Source: Candidatus Electronema halotolerans (GTDB lineage: Bacteria > Desulfobacterota > Desulfobulbia > Desulfobulbales > Desulfobulbaceae). Taken from it: a stretch of 32,000 nucleotides of DNA. The stretch's first letter is position 1, and every line of letters starts with the position of its first letter. Position numbers and translations under genes: made by a program. The stretch lies in contig OW818675.1 in assembly GCA_942493095.1 (NCBI GenBank), positions 150,001 through 182,000 on the forward strand, written 5' to 3'. Positions 18,637-28,089 of this stretch are shown here, piece by piece. The notes beneath the pieces are model-generated. The model ran no database searches. It saw only the letters and a program-made list of their open reading frames with translations, and had not been told where the DNA came from.

Positions 18637-19491
18637 GTGCCAAAGATTAGTGTCGTTATACCATGTTATAATCATGGCAAATATATTGATAGAGCTGTTG
18701 ACTCCATACTTGGTCAAACATTTGCCGATGTAGAAATTATAGTTGTCAATGATGGGTCAACAGATCAGTTTACTGTAAAAAAATTAAATAACTATAAAAA
18801 AGCAAAAACCAAAATTCTGCATACAGTCAATCAGGGGCCGTCAGCAGCTCGGAATATTGGGATAAGTCAGGCAAAAGGAGAATATATTCTTGTTTTAGAT
18901 GCAGATGATCATTATCATTCAACCTTTTTAGAGAAAGGAATTGCTATTTTTGAGCAAGACCATAAAATTGGCATAGTAGCCTGCGGCATTCAAAATTTTG
19001 GTCTTGACTCAGGAAAAAAAATGCCGAAGGGAGGGGATGTGCGTGCATTTCTGGCTCCTTCTGGACTCACGGGCAGTGCTTTGCTGCGTAAAGTGTGCTG
19101 GGAGCAAGCAGGAGGTTACGATGAAAGCATGAAGACATCAGGTTATGAAGATTGGAATTTTTGGATTGATGTGACAAAAAGAGGCTGGCTGGTTCATATC
19201 ATTGAAGAATATCTCTTCTATTATAATTGGCAGGATGATTCAAGAAGAACAATGCTGAACAGTCAACGTGCAGCATCGCTCAGTCATGTCGTCAGAAATC
19301 ATCGGGATGTATTTGGTCAATATGTTGATCTTGTTGTTTTGAATAAAGATAAAGAAGTGATGGCTATGAAAGGACAGCGTGATGCCTTGGCATCTTCTTT
19401 GGAATACAGGTTAGGCTGCCGTCTTCTTCAGTCGCTGCGGTTCTTTCAGAAATTTTTTGGCATGGATGCATCTGTACATGATAATGCTTGA
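18637..19491 (+). CDS. Glycosyltransferase family 2 protein
   Basis: GTG start; KISVVIPCYNHGKYIDRAVDSILGQTFADVEIIVVNDGSTDQFT, GPSAARNIGISQAKGEYILVLDADDHYH. Confidence 0.94.
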   Translation: MPKISVVIPCYNHGKYIDRAVDSILGQTFADVEIIVVNDGSTDQFTVKKLNNYKKAKTKILHTVNQGPSAARNIGISQAKGEYILVLDADDHYHSTFLEKGIAIFEQDHKIGIVACGIQNFGLDSGKKMPKGGDVRAFLAPSGLTGSALLRKVCWEQAGGYDESMKTSGYEDWNFWIDVTKRGWLVHIIEEYLFYYNWQDDSRRTMLNSQRAASLSHVVRNHRDVFGQYVDLVVLNKDKEVMAMKGQRDALASSLEYRLGCRLLQSLRFFQKFFGMDASVHDNA

Positions 19492-20662
19492 TTCAAAGCT
19501 ACAACGAAATCATTTCAAACCAAAAATTCTTTTTCTTCGTTCTTTTTCTCAAGTAACATTTGCCGCATTTATAGCTGGAGGTTTACATTACGCTCAGTTT
19601 GATTTCATGCAGTATCCTCCTCTTCCAGAGAACAGGCTGGGTAAGCTGGATAAGCTTTATGCTTCAACCGAAGCGAGGAATCATTTACAACGAAATGTCA
19701 TTACTGCAAGAAAAGAACTCAAAAAAAAGATAGAACAAGGTTTTTTTGATCTTATCCTCCTGCTTGATTACGATTCCAGCCTGTTTCGTTATACACAAAT
19801 GAGCTGGTTAAAAAAATTGAGGGACTTAGCGGGGCAAAGTAAATTTTTTTTCAGGAAAAAGTGGTCCGAGATTTTCAAAGAACTTGTTTGCATGCAGGGA
19901 GTGCCATTCATGCCTTCCGCACTTTCCTCCAACAGGACAGCACTTGCTGTAATTGATTTAGATGATTGGATATGCCTTCATAGTTCTGGACAAAAATTGC
20001 TGCAAGCCTGTTCCTCTTATTACAAACGAGAACTGCCCTATAACCGTTTTTTTCTGTACTATCAGCAGCGTCCTGCACCTTGGCGGCTTTGGCGTGAAAA
20101 GCTTGCTCCAATCTGCACAAAAGTTCACAATATCCCTTTGGGAATAGAGGATGAAAAATACTCTGCTCTGAAAAAATTGCGTAAAAATGAACAGGATATT
20201 GATATTTTTTACTGTGGACAATCAACCAGCACAATCAGAATAACCGCTTTGAAGAATTTGAAAGAATTTGCTGCAACAACATCTTGGAATATTGTTATCA
20301 AAGATGACCTGTCTTTTTCAGAATATTGTGCTGCTGTTGCCAGAAGCAAAATTACTCTTTCTATTTCTGGGGGCGGATGGGATTGTTTTCGGCATTATGA
20401 GGCTGTTGCCTTGGGTTCTGTCCCTTTGATGGATGCGCCTACAGTTGATGCCTTCTGGTGGAACCAAGCACCCACAGAACTGTTTTTCACCGGTACATTC
20501 AAAGATTTCCAGCTAAAAATAGATAAACTTTTATCCAATGCCTGCTTACGAAGTAAATGTTTCATTCAATTAGAAAATCTTATAGAGTCACGCATGCTGC
20601 ATTCTAAAATTGTAAAATATATAGTGCATTCATCTTTTAATAAAAAATATGTGGCTTGTTAG
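19484..20662 (+). CDS. Putative glycosyltransferase, weakly exostosin/GT1-like
   Basis: NEQDIDIFYCGQSTSTIRITALKNLKEF...LSISGGGWDCFRHYEAVALGSVPLMDAPTVDAFWW resembles the nucleotide-sugar binding end of exostosin-like enzymes. The ATG at 19484 overlapping the previous stop is preferred over 19457. Confidence 0.55.
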   Translation: MLDSKLQRNHFKPKILFLRSFSQVTFAAFIAGGLHYAQFDFMQYPPLPENRLGKLDKLYASTEARNHLQRNVITARKELKKKIEQGFFDLILLLDYDSSLFRYTQMSWLKKLRDLAGQSKFFFRKKWSEIFKELVCMQGVPFMPSALSSNRTALAVIDLDDWICLHSSGQKLLQACSSYYKRELPYNRFFLYYQQRPAPWRLWREKLAPICTKVHNIPLGIEDEKYSALKKLRKNEQDIDIFYCGQSTSTIRITALKNLKEFAATTSWNIVIKDDLSFSEYCAAVARSKITLSISGGGWDCFRHYEAVALGSVPLMDAPTVDAFWWNQAPTELFFTGTFKDFQLKIDKLLSNACLRSKCFIQLENLIESRMLHSKIVKYIVHSSFNKKYVAC

Positions 20663-21672
20663 TTTTCATGTTTGGTTATTATCGATTTATCCTTGCTGTA
20701 TTTGTGTTAATGTCACATTTAGACTTTAGTCTTCAAGGATTTAACATCGGGGTTGCGTCAGTTATTTCTTTTTACATGTTGGCTGGTTATGTGGTTTGCA
20801 ATCTGCTGACGAATGTCTTCGTGATAGACAAAACAGTATATGTTCGATTCTACTGCGAACGAATTCTCAGAATATATCCTCAGTATCTTTTTATTGTTTT
20901 GCTAACAATAATATTTGTAATCATTTCAGGAAATATTCTTTATCAAAAAGACATTTATATTCTTTTAAAGAACATTTTAATAGTACCAGTTAATTATTAC
21001 ATGTTTAATGACGTGTCATTTTTTCCGGAAAACAGGTATAGTATTGTGCCAATATCTTGGTCGCTTGGTTTAGAACTGCAAGCGTATATTTTGCTGCCAT
21101 TTATAGTTTTCTACAAAAAAATAAGGGTAGTGAGCACTGTTCTCTCTTTTTTTATATTTATATTGGCATGTTTTGGCTGGCTGAATACAAATTATTACGG
21201 TTACAAGCTTTTGCCAGGTGTTTTATTTATATTTAATACAGGAGTAATTTTGGCCATCAAAACTTACTCTCCAGATAAGCTCTCTGTATTTGATAAATAC
21301 TTTCCACCAATTCTTTATGGATCAGCAATATTGCTCGCAATAACTTTAGGTATTTTCAACAGAGTTCATATCCCGCACTCAATTCAAGTGATTATTGGAA
21401 TTCTTATTTCGATACCAATTATCAGTTATCTTGATTCTTTTGATAAAAAAATTATTTTCAATCGATTTATGGGCAATCTTTCCTATGGCATATTCTTATC
21501 GCATTATCTTTCGATATGGATAGTTAAATTCACATTTGAGATTGACCCACATAGCACTCCTTATTTATTTGCATTTCTTGTTTTTATTCTGTCATTCTTT
21601 ATCGCTGCTGCTGGATCGGCTGGGGTGGAAAGAGTATTTATAAACTGGCGGTACAGTTTGGCAAAAAAATAA
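20656..21672 (+). CDS. Acyltransferase 3 family (OafA/YrhL-like) integral membrane O-acyltransferase
   Basis: Multiple hydrophobic helices; FILAVFVLMSHLDFSL, GVASVISFYMLAGYVV, RFYCERILRIYPQY, VPISWSLGLELQAYILLP, LSYGIFLSHYLSIW. Confidence 0.88.
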   Translation: MLVFMFGYYRFILAVFVLMSHLDFSLQGFNIGVASVISFYMLAGYVVCNLLTNVFVIDKTVYVRFYCERILRIYPQYLFIVLLTIIFVIISGNILYQKDIYILLKNILIVPVNYYMFNDVSFFPENRYSIVPISWSLGLELQAYILLPFIVFYKKIRVVSTVLSFFIFILACFGWLNTNYYGYKLLPGVLFIFNTGVILAIKTYSPDKLSVFDKYFPPILYGSAILLAITLGIFNRVHIPHSIQVIIGILISIPIISYLDSFDKKIIFNRFMGNLSYGIFLSHYLSIWIVKFTFEIDPHSTPYLFAFLVFILSFFIAAAGSAGVERVFINWRYSLAKK

Positions 21673-21691
21673 AAAGTGTATTTTTAACCCC

Positions 21692-23071
21692 GTGATCAAT
21701 TACGATGGAACCATGAAGACCAAACCACTGCTGATCATACCTGTGGAAACCAAGGTACGGGAGTTTGATGCTAAACTTTTACTTGCTGTTGTTGCCCTTC
21801 AGCGCGGTTTTGATGTGGTGCTTGGCGCATTATGGGAGCTGAAATTTTTCACCGAGTTGCTTGACCGGGGAATTTTTTTAGACAAGAGCATTGCCAAGAC
21901 CAAGGTGAAATGGTTCAGCCGCTGTCGGCAGCAGGGCCATCGCGTTGCCGCCTTGGATGAGGAAGGTTTGGTCTATTTTGACGCTAAGACCTATCGTCAG
22001 CTTCGCATTTATTCTCCTTCCTTGGAAGCAGCAGATTTATTTTTTGCCTGGGGTAAAAATCAGGCCGAAGTAATGTCTCCAGTAATTGACACATTGATGA
22101 AACGAATACGGCTTGTCGGCAATTCAAGATTTGATCTGCTTCGACCGGAGTTGCGCAAAATTTACAACAAAAATGTTGACGGACTGCGTAAAAAATATGG
22201 CAGATTCATCTTGTTCAACACGAATTTTTCCTTTGCCAACAGTGCCAATAATGACGCATCGTTATTACGGGCTTTTTCTCAGTGTCCTATTGAGACAGAA
22301 CAGCCCGGCTTTTTTGCAGGCTGGACAGAAGCCCAGCACAAGGTCCTGCAATCTTTTCAGGAAGTTCTGCCCTTAGTGCGGGAACGCTTTCCAGAACACA
22401 CGATCATCATTCGTCCGCACCCTTCGGAAGATTTGCAGTTCTGGCACGATGCTGCGCTTTCCCTGAAGCAGACCGTCGTGATCCGAGAAGGCAATGTTGT
22501 GCCGTGGCTGCTGGCTGCTGATGTGCTGGTGCATTGGAACTGCACCACTGCCATTGAAGCTCTTCTGCTCGGCAAACCTGCGATTGCTTATCGCAAAGAG
22601 CAGCCTGATTTTTATGAGCAGCCTCTGCCCAACGCATGCAGTTTTCATGCCGCCAGTTCTGATGAATTGCTGGACATGCTCGACCAAGCCATTGCAGGCC
22701 GCCTCACCGCCTCTCCTGAACAACTTGCCGAGCAGGGCAAAATTCTGGCGCATCATATCTCCTCCTTGCAGGGCAGTCTGGCAGCGGAAAAAATGGTTGA
22801 GGAACTGCTTCAGCTCAGTCAGACCTTTCCTCGCCAACGAAACATCTCTCAGCGGACTGTTCAGGTGATGAAACGTCTATGGCGGGCAGTGCTGGACCAG
22901 CTCGACCGCAGCAGACAGATTCGGGATTCTTATGTTGCGGGAAAATTTCCTGATACCACAGCAGATGAGGTGCAGAAGCGGGTGCAAGTTTTGTCGGAAT
23001 GTTTGGGTTATTCTATGGATATTACGGTTCGGGAAAAATGCCGTAACTGTTTTTCTCTGTCTGCGACATAG
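21692..23071 (+). CDS. Surface carbohydrate biosynthesis protein, GT-B-like
   Basis: KPLLIIPVETKVREFDAKLLLAVVALQRGFDVVLG, ALDEEGLVYF, FFAWGKNQAEVM, GNSRFDLLRPEL, HTIIIRPHPSEDLQFW, HWNCTTAIEALLLGKPAIAY. The ATG at 21713 is an alternative start. Confidence 0.8.
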   Translation: MINYDGTMKTKPLLIIPVETKVREFDAKLLLAVVALQRGFDVVLGALWELKFFTELLDRGIFLDKSIAKTKVKWFSRCRQQGHRVAALDEEGLVYFDAKTYRQLRIYSPSLEAADLFFAWGKNQAEVMSPVIDTLMKRIRLVGNSRFDLLRPELRKIYNKNVDGLRKKYGRFILFNTNFSFANSANNDASLLRAFSQCPIETEQPGFFAGWTEAQHKVLQSFQEVLPLVRERFPEHTIIIRPHPSEDLQFWHDAALSLKQTVVIREGNVVPWLLAADVLVHWNCTTAIEALLLGKPAIAYRKEQPDFYEQPLPNACSFHAASSDELLDMLDQAIAGRLTASPEQLAEQGKILAHHISSLQGSLAAEKMVEELLQLSQTFPRQRNISQRTVQVMKRLWRAVLDQLDRSRQIRDSYVAGKFPDTTADEVQKRVQVLSECLGYSMDITVREKCRNCFSLSAT

Positions 23072-23080
23072 CCTTCATTC

Positions 23081-24040
23081 ATGCCTGAGCCGCAAATTGT
23101 TTTTCTTACCTATCTGAATCGGTCAGGTTCCACCTATCTTGCCGACAAATTGAGCCGCTACAAAGCGATAAAAATGGGCATTGAGGCCCGTTTTGTTGAC
23201 GGGTGGATCAGGCCAGGCTTTTTTGTCCGCACTTCGGACGAGTTGCGCTTGTATCTTGACAGGCTGTATCAGGATGCAAAATTTCAGGCATGGCAAATCG
23301 ACCGGGATGTATTGGCCAAGCATCTGGCCGCGCTCACTCTGCCGCTCCGCTTCAGTGATGTGCTGCTGACCGCTTTCTCGCTGTACCAAGGCAGTGCTCC
23401 AGAAAAACACATTTTGGTGCATAAATGCGGTGAATATTACCGTTGTGTGGAAACCATCCGGCAAGAACTGCCAAGGGCAAAATTCATTTTTATCAACCGC
23501 GACCCCCGTGCGGTCTTCAGTTCGCAGAGACGCAGTTTTGACAGTCAAACTGGGCAGCCGATGCAGGAAAATGTGCTTCATTTTCTCTTTGGGTATCTTG
23601 ACACCCTGCGGCGGCTTGAGCAGTTGCGGAACGATCCTGATTTTCTGACGGTCCAGTACGAGGAACTGCTTGCAGATGAAGAAAAAGTGATGGCTGAGAT
23701 AGAACACTTTCTTGGATTGTCCAGCCCAGCAAAACAGACAGACATATCCGGCGGCAGTTATTTTTCTTCAATCCCCAGAGAACAGCAGCATCTTCACGCC
23801 CATCTGCAGGATGGTCGGCCTTGCGCGGACAGGATCACCGGCTGGCAGCGGGAGCTGCCGGTTTCACATATTCTGCTCCTCCAGACTGTGCTTAAACGCT
23901 ATTTGCTTGATAGAGATTTTCCCTTGCACAGACCTGCAAAAACAGGGCTGTCTGCATTCTCGCATTTTGTTTTTCTTCTTTGTTCGTATTGGTACGAATC
24001 CAGCAAGCGGAAGTTTTTTCATATCGAGCATAAATATTGA
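23081..24040 (+). CDS. Sulfotransferase family protein
   Basis: 5'-PSB loop-like VFLTYLNRSGSTYLADKLSRYKAI, 3'-PB-like KFIFINRDPRAVFSSQRRSFDSQTG, LTVQYEELLADEEKVMAEIEHFLGL. Confidence 0.82.
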   Translation: MPEPQIVFLTYLNRSGSTYLADKLSRYKAIKMGIEARFVDGWIRPGFFVRTSDELRLYLDRLYQDAKFQAWQIDRDVLAKHLAALTLPLRFSDVLLTAFSLYQGSAPEKHILVHKCGEYYRCVETIRQELPRAKFIFINRDPRAVFSSQRRSFDSQTGQPMQENVLHFLFGYLDTLRRLEQLRNDPDFLTVQYEELLADEEKVMAEIEHFLGLSSPAKQTDISGGSYFSSIPREQQHLHAHLQDGRPCADRITGWQRELPVSHILLLQTVLKRYLLDRDFPLHRPAKTGLSAFSHFVFLLCSYWYESSKRKFFHIEHKY

Positions 24041-24046
24041 GAAATT

Positions 24047-24856
24047 GTGAGCAAGTTCAGAGAAAAATATTACGCGCTGACTGCTGTATTTCGTCCTCTG
24101 CCAAACTTTATCATCATTGGAGCGCAAAAAGCAGGAACAACATCGTTGTTTCATTACATTTGTCAGCATCCGCAAGTTTTTGCCAACAACAGCAAGGAAA
24201 TTCATTTCTTTGACCGGCATCACCAATTGGGCGCAAATTGGTACAGTTCTCATTTTCCTCTTGCAGGCCGATTGCAGCCAGGCCGCCGCAGCCGCATGGG
24301 CGAAGCAACACCCTATTATCTCTGTCATCCCCATGCGCCGGGCCGAATTGCCGCATTGCTGCCAAAGGTGAAACTGATTGCCGTTCTGCGGCATCCTGTT
24401 GAACGAGCCATTTCCCATTATTTTCACGAAAAGAAAAAAGGGCGGGAGCATCTTCCCATCTTGGAGGCAATGCAGCGGGAGGAGGAACGCTGCGCCGGAG
24501 AATGGCAAAGAATGCTTGAGGACGCATCATATTTCAGTCAAACTCATCAGTCATTTTCTTATAAACAGCGGGGAATCTATATCGAACAGTTGCAGCGATA
24601 CTGGAAGTTTTTTTCAAAAGAGCAGATTTTTATTGTGGAAAGCAGCCGGTTATTTTCCAAGCCGCAGGCTGTGCTTAAACAAGTATTTAATTTTTTAGAA
24701 ATTGATTCCAGCATAGTTATTCAAGATGTTGCCGTGAAAAACGCCAATCCGACCAAGAAGGCAGCGGAGCCTGAAGTTTATGCGTATCTGAAGCAATTTT
24801 TTGCGCCGCATAATGAGATGCTGCAAAACGCTCTTGGCCAAGATTTCGGCTGGTAA
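24047..24856 (+). CDS. Sulfotransferase domain protein (heparan/NDST-like PAPS-dependent type)
   Basis: PNFIIIGAQKAGTTSLFHYICQHPQVF, KEIHFFD, GEATPYYLCHPHAPGRIAALLPKVKLIAVLRHPVERAISHYFHEKKKG. Confidence 0.93.
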   Translation: MSKFREKYYALTAVFRPLPNFIIIGAQKAGTTSLFHYICQHPQVFANNSKEIHFFDRHHQLGANWYSSHFPLAGRLQPGRRSRMGEATPYYLCHPHAPGRIAALLPKVKLIAVLRHPVERAISHYFHEKKKGREHLPILEAMQREEERCAGEWQRMLEDASYFSQTHQSFSYKQRGIYIEQLQRYWKFFSKEQIFIVESSRLFSKPQAVLKQVFNFLEIDSSIVIQDVAVKNANPTKKAAEPEVYAYLKQFFAPHNEMLQNALGQDFGW

Positions 24857-24859
24857 AAT

Positions 24860-26095
24860 ATGCGGATTTGCATGCTGACATACTATTATTGGCCTGTTCC
24901 GGCTGGAGGTGCGGAGAACCAATGCCGACGACTTGCCAAGGCCTTAGCAGCGCGTGAGCATCAATGTTTGATTTTGACCTGCCGCTACAGCAGCGCAGCG
25001 GCCCAGAAGGAGGAGGAAAACGGGGTTGCGATTGTCAGAATATTTTCTTTGGAACTATTTCTTCAGTTTCTCCAATCGTTGAGAGATAAAAAAAAAGCGT
25101 CGCAGGGAAAAGAACAAAGCAACGGCAGCTCGACAGCGGCAGATGATCAAACTGTATTGCGACAAAAAATATCAAAAAAAATAAATTTTTGTATCAGATT
25201 CTGCAATATTACCGCATTCTCTTTTACCGCGTTGTTTTTTCTCTTCAGGAAGCATCGTTCTTTTGATATCCTGCATGTCCACACCGCCGACTGGATTGCC
25301 GGATTAGCCGCTTTTGCCGGAAAGATATTCAAGCTGCCTGTGATCTGCAAAGGAGCAGACATGCCAGTTTTTCCGCCCCTTCAAGCCGTGCCGCTGGCTG
25401 CCTGCTGTGATAGGTGGCGAAGGATGCCGCATTTCATCGCCCTCACGCCAGCCATGAAAGATGATCTTGTACAGAACCATGTTCCTGAAAACAAGATCAC
25501 GATCATTCCCAACGGAGTGTCCATTCCCGCCCAGACAGCTCCTGTTGAAAAAAACAGTCATTTTTTATATATTGGCAATTTCAGCCAGACCGCAGCCCAT
25601 AAAGCCTTTGATGTGCTGCTGGAGGCGTGGACAGCGTTTCATCATCATCGGCCAGCTCCACGGCTGCTGCTTTTAGGTGGTGGTGATGCGGAGCCGTGGC
25701 AGGCATTGGCGCGGCAGCTCGGCTGTGCCGACTCGGTGGATTTTTTGGGCTATCAAACCTCGTTGACACCTTTTTTCACGCAGAGCTGCTGCCTCCTTCT
25801 GCCTTCCCGCAAAGAGGGAATTGCGAATGCCCTGCTCGAAGCGCAGAGCTGGGGCATTCCGGCCATTGTCTCTGATATTCCTGGCAATCGGGCTGTAGTT
25901 GCGCATCAAAAAAACGGCCTGATTGTTCCTGTCGGCGACAGCAAAGCACTTGCGGAAGCCATGCTGCATCTGCATGACTCGCCAGAGCTGCGCAAGGAAT
26001 ACAGTGCAGCAGCCCGGAAACGGATGGAGGACGTTTTCGCCTTGGACAAGGTGGCTGACCAGACTGTCGTGCTGTATCAGCAGCTTGCAGGATAA
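24860..26095 (+). CDS. Glycosyltransferase family 4 protein
   Basis: TYYYWPVPAGGAENQCRRLAKALAAREHQCLILT, HVHTADWIAGLAA, NKITIIPNGVSIP, VLLEAWTAFHHHRPAPRLLLLGGGD, LLLPSRKEGIANALLEAQSWGIPAIVSDIPGNRAVV. Confidence 0.94.
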   Translation: MRICMLTYYYWPVPAGGAENQCRRLAKALAAREHQCLILTCRYSSAAAQKEEENGVAIVRIFSLELFLQFLQSLRDKKKASQGKEQSNGSSTAADDQTVLRQKISKKINFCIRFCNITAFSFTALFFLFRKHRSFDILHVHTADWIAGLAAFAGKIFKLPVICKGADMPVFPPLQAVPLAACCDRWRRMPHFIALTPAMKDDLVQNHVPENKITIIPNGVSIPAQTAPVEKNSHFLYIGNFSQTAAHKAFDVLLEAWTAFHHHRPAPRLLLLGGGDAEPWQALARQLGCADSVDFLGYQTSLTPFFTQSCCLLLPSRKEGIANALLEAQSWGIPAIVSDIPGNRAVVAHQKNGLIVPVGDSKALAEAMLHLHDSPELRKEYSAAARKRMEDVFALDKVADQTVVLYQQLAG

Positions 26096-26118
26096 TTTTC
26101 AATTTTGATCGGTGATTC

Positions 26119-28089
26119 ATGAAAAATTTATGGAATGAAACAGAAGCTGCAGACTGCGCAGATGATCTTACGCTGCGGGTTTATTCCTCCCGGCTGCTGG
26201 GCGGCGATCCTTCGTTGGTTCTGCATGGCGGCGGCAACACTTCAGTCAAAATTGTTGAAAAAAATCTGCTCGGCGAAGAAGAGGAGATTCTTTACATCAA
26301 GGGCAGCGGCTGGGATTTGGCGACCATTGAGGCCGCAGGTTTTGCTCCGGTCCGGCTCCGGCCTCTGCTCTGTCTGGCAAAGCTGAAGCAGCTCACTGAT
26401 CCGCAGATGGTCAATGGTCTGAAAACGCAGCTTGTCCGCGCTGATGCGCCCGCGCCTTCTGTGGAAACCATTCTTCATGCCATCCTGCCCTTCCGCTATG
26501 TCGATCACACCCATGCCGACGCAGTGGTGACCATCTGCAACACTCCGAATGGCCGCCAGCGCATTGAGGAATTGTACGGCGGGCTGGCCGTGATTGTCCC
26601 TTATGTCATGCCCGGATTTGATCTGGCCCGCGAGGCGGCGCGAATATTCTCTGAGCAGGCCGGATCAAACACCATTGGCATGATCTTGATCAATCACGGC
26701 CTTTTTTCCTTTGGCGACACGGCGCAGGAATCATACAAGCGCATGATTCATCTCGTGGAAATGGCGGAGAGCTGGCTGCGGGAACAGCAGGCATGGCATT
26801 TGGATGAGCCTGCGGCGCAGATGCCGCGCTTCAGCAGCCGCTGCGAGATTGCCGCCCTGCGGCAGGCGGTCTCTGCCAAGGCGGGCAGGCCGATGCTGCT
26901 CAATGTCACCGGCAGCCAGCAGGGACTGGCTTTTGCCCGCCGGGCTGATATCCGCCAGCTTGCCTGCGGCCCGGCCACGCCGGATCATGTCCTCCGAACC
27001 AAGGCCCTGCCGCTGCTTGGTCGGGATATTGACCAGTATGAGCAGGACTATCGCCGCTATTTTGCAACCCATGAGCCGGAAGCTCTGGAGCGCAAAACCA
27101 TGCTTGACCCGGCTCCACGGGTGATTCTTGACCCGGACTTAGGTCTGTGCTGCGCAGGTGCTTCAGCAGCGGAAGCAGGCATTGCCGCTGACATTTACGA
27201 GCATACAATGGAGTGCATCCTGCGGGCCGAGCGGCTGGGCGGCTGGCAGCCCCTGCCATTCAGCGATCTCTTTGCTGTGGAATACTGGGATTTGGAGCAG
27301 GCCAAACTGAAAAAAGGCGGCAAAGCCCCTGTCTTCGGCGGCGAAGTTGCCCTGATCACCGGCGCAGCTTCCGGTATCGGCAAAGCCTGTGTGGATTCCT
27401 TTCTTCAGCGGGGCGCGGCTGTTGTGGGACTGGATATTGATGCCAAGATTGCTGCGGTCTCGACTTCGCCCGCCTATCTTGGCCTGCGCTGCGACATTAC
27501 TGATGAAGCGCAAGTTGCAGCAGCCTTGGATCAGGCGGTTTTGCGCTTCGGCGGCCTTGACATATTGGTGCTGAACGCGGGCATCTTTCCGGCCAGCAAG
27601 GCAATTTCAGAGCTGTCCACCGAGGTGTGGCGGCAGGTGATGGCTGTTAATATTGATGCCAACCTGACCCTGCTGCGCGAAACCCATTCCCTGCTCAAGG
27701 CTGCGCCAAACAAAGGCCGGGCCGTGGTGATCGGCTCGAAAAACGTGCCTGCGCCTGGCCCCGGCGCGGCAGCCTATTCCGCCGCCAAGGCCGCTCTGAC
27801 CCAGCTTATGCGGGTTGCTGCCTTGGAATGGGGCAAGGAGGGCATCCGCATCAACGCGCTTCATCCAAACGCGGTTTTTGACACTGGTATTTGGACGGAA
27901 GAGGTCTTGCAGACACGGGCGGCGCATTACGGCCTGACCGTGGAGGAATATAAAACCAACAATCTGCTTGGCTTGGAGGTGCGCAGCCGCCATGTGGCTG
28001 AACTGGCAGCGGAACTCTGCGGCCCGCTCTTTGCCTGCACCACTGCCGCCCAAGTGCCGGTGGATGGCGGCAATGACCGGGTGATCTGA
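26119..28089 (+). CDS. Bifunctional class II aldolase / short-chain dehydrogenase (rhamnulose-1-phosphate aldolase/alcohol dehydrogenase-like)
   Basis: N-terminus SLVLHGGGNTSVKI, YIKGSGWDLATIEAAGFAPVRL, DHTHADAVVTI, MILINHGLFSFGDTAQESYKRMI; C-terminal SDR EVALITGAASGIGKACVDSFLQRGAAVVGLDID, LDILVLNAGIFP, AAYSAAKAALTQLMRVAALEWGKEGIRINALHPNAV. Confidence 0.93.
   Translation: MKNLWNETEAADCADDLTLRVYSSRLLGGDPSLVLHGGGNTSVKIVEKNLLGEEEEILYIKGSGWDLATIEAAGFAPVRLRPLLCLAKLKQLTDPQMVNGLKTQLVRADAPAPSVETILHAILPFRYVDHTHADAVVTICNTPNGRQRIEELYGGLAVIVPYVMPGFDLAREAARIFSEQAGSNTIGMILINHGLFSFGDTAQESYKRMIHLVEMAESWLREQQAWHLDEPAAQMPRFSSRCEIAALRQAVSAKAGRPMLLNVTGSQQGLAFARRADIRQLACGPATPDHVLRTKALPLLGRDIDQYEQDYRRYFATHEPEALERKTMLDPAPRVILDPDLGLCCAGASAAEAGIAADIYEHTMECILRAERLGGWQPLPFSDLFAVEYWDLEQAKLKKGGKAPVFGGEVALITGAASGIGKACVDSFLQRGAAVVGLDIDAKIAAVSTSPAYLGLRCDITDEAQVAAALDQAVLRFGGLDILVLNAGIFPASKAISELSTEVWRQVMAVNIDANLTLLRETHSLLKAAPNKGRAVVIGSKNVPAPGPGAAAYSAAKAALTQLMRVAALEWGKEGIRINALHPNAVFDTGIWTEEVLQTRAAHYGLTVEEYKTNNLLGLEVRSRHVAELAAELCGPLFACTTAAQVPVDGGNDRVI

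Noticed and set aside
24378-24698. Overlapping alternative-frame ORFs across the sulfotransferase and GT4 genes (e.g. 24114-24530, 25461-25676)
   Set aside because: Frame shadows of GC-balanced genes with strong family motifs in the main frame.
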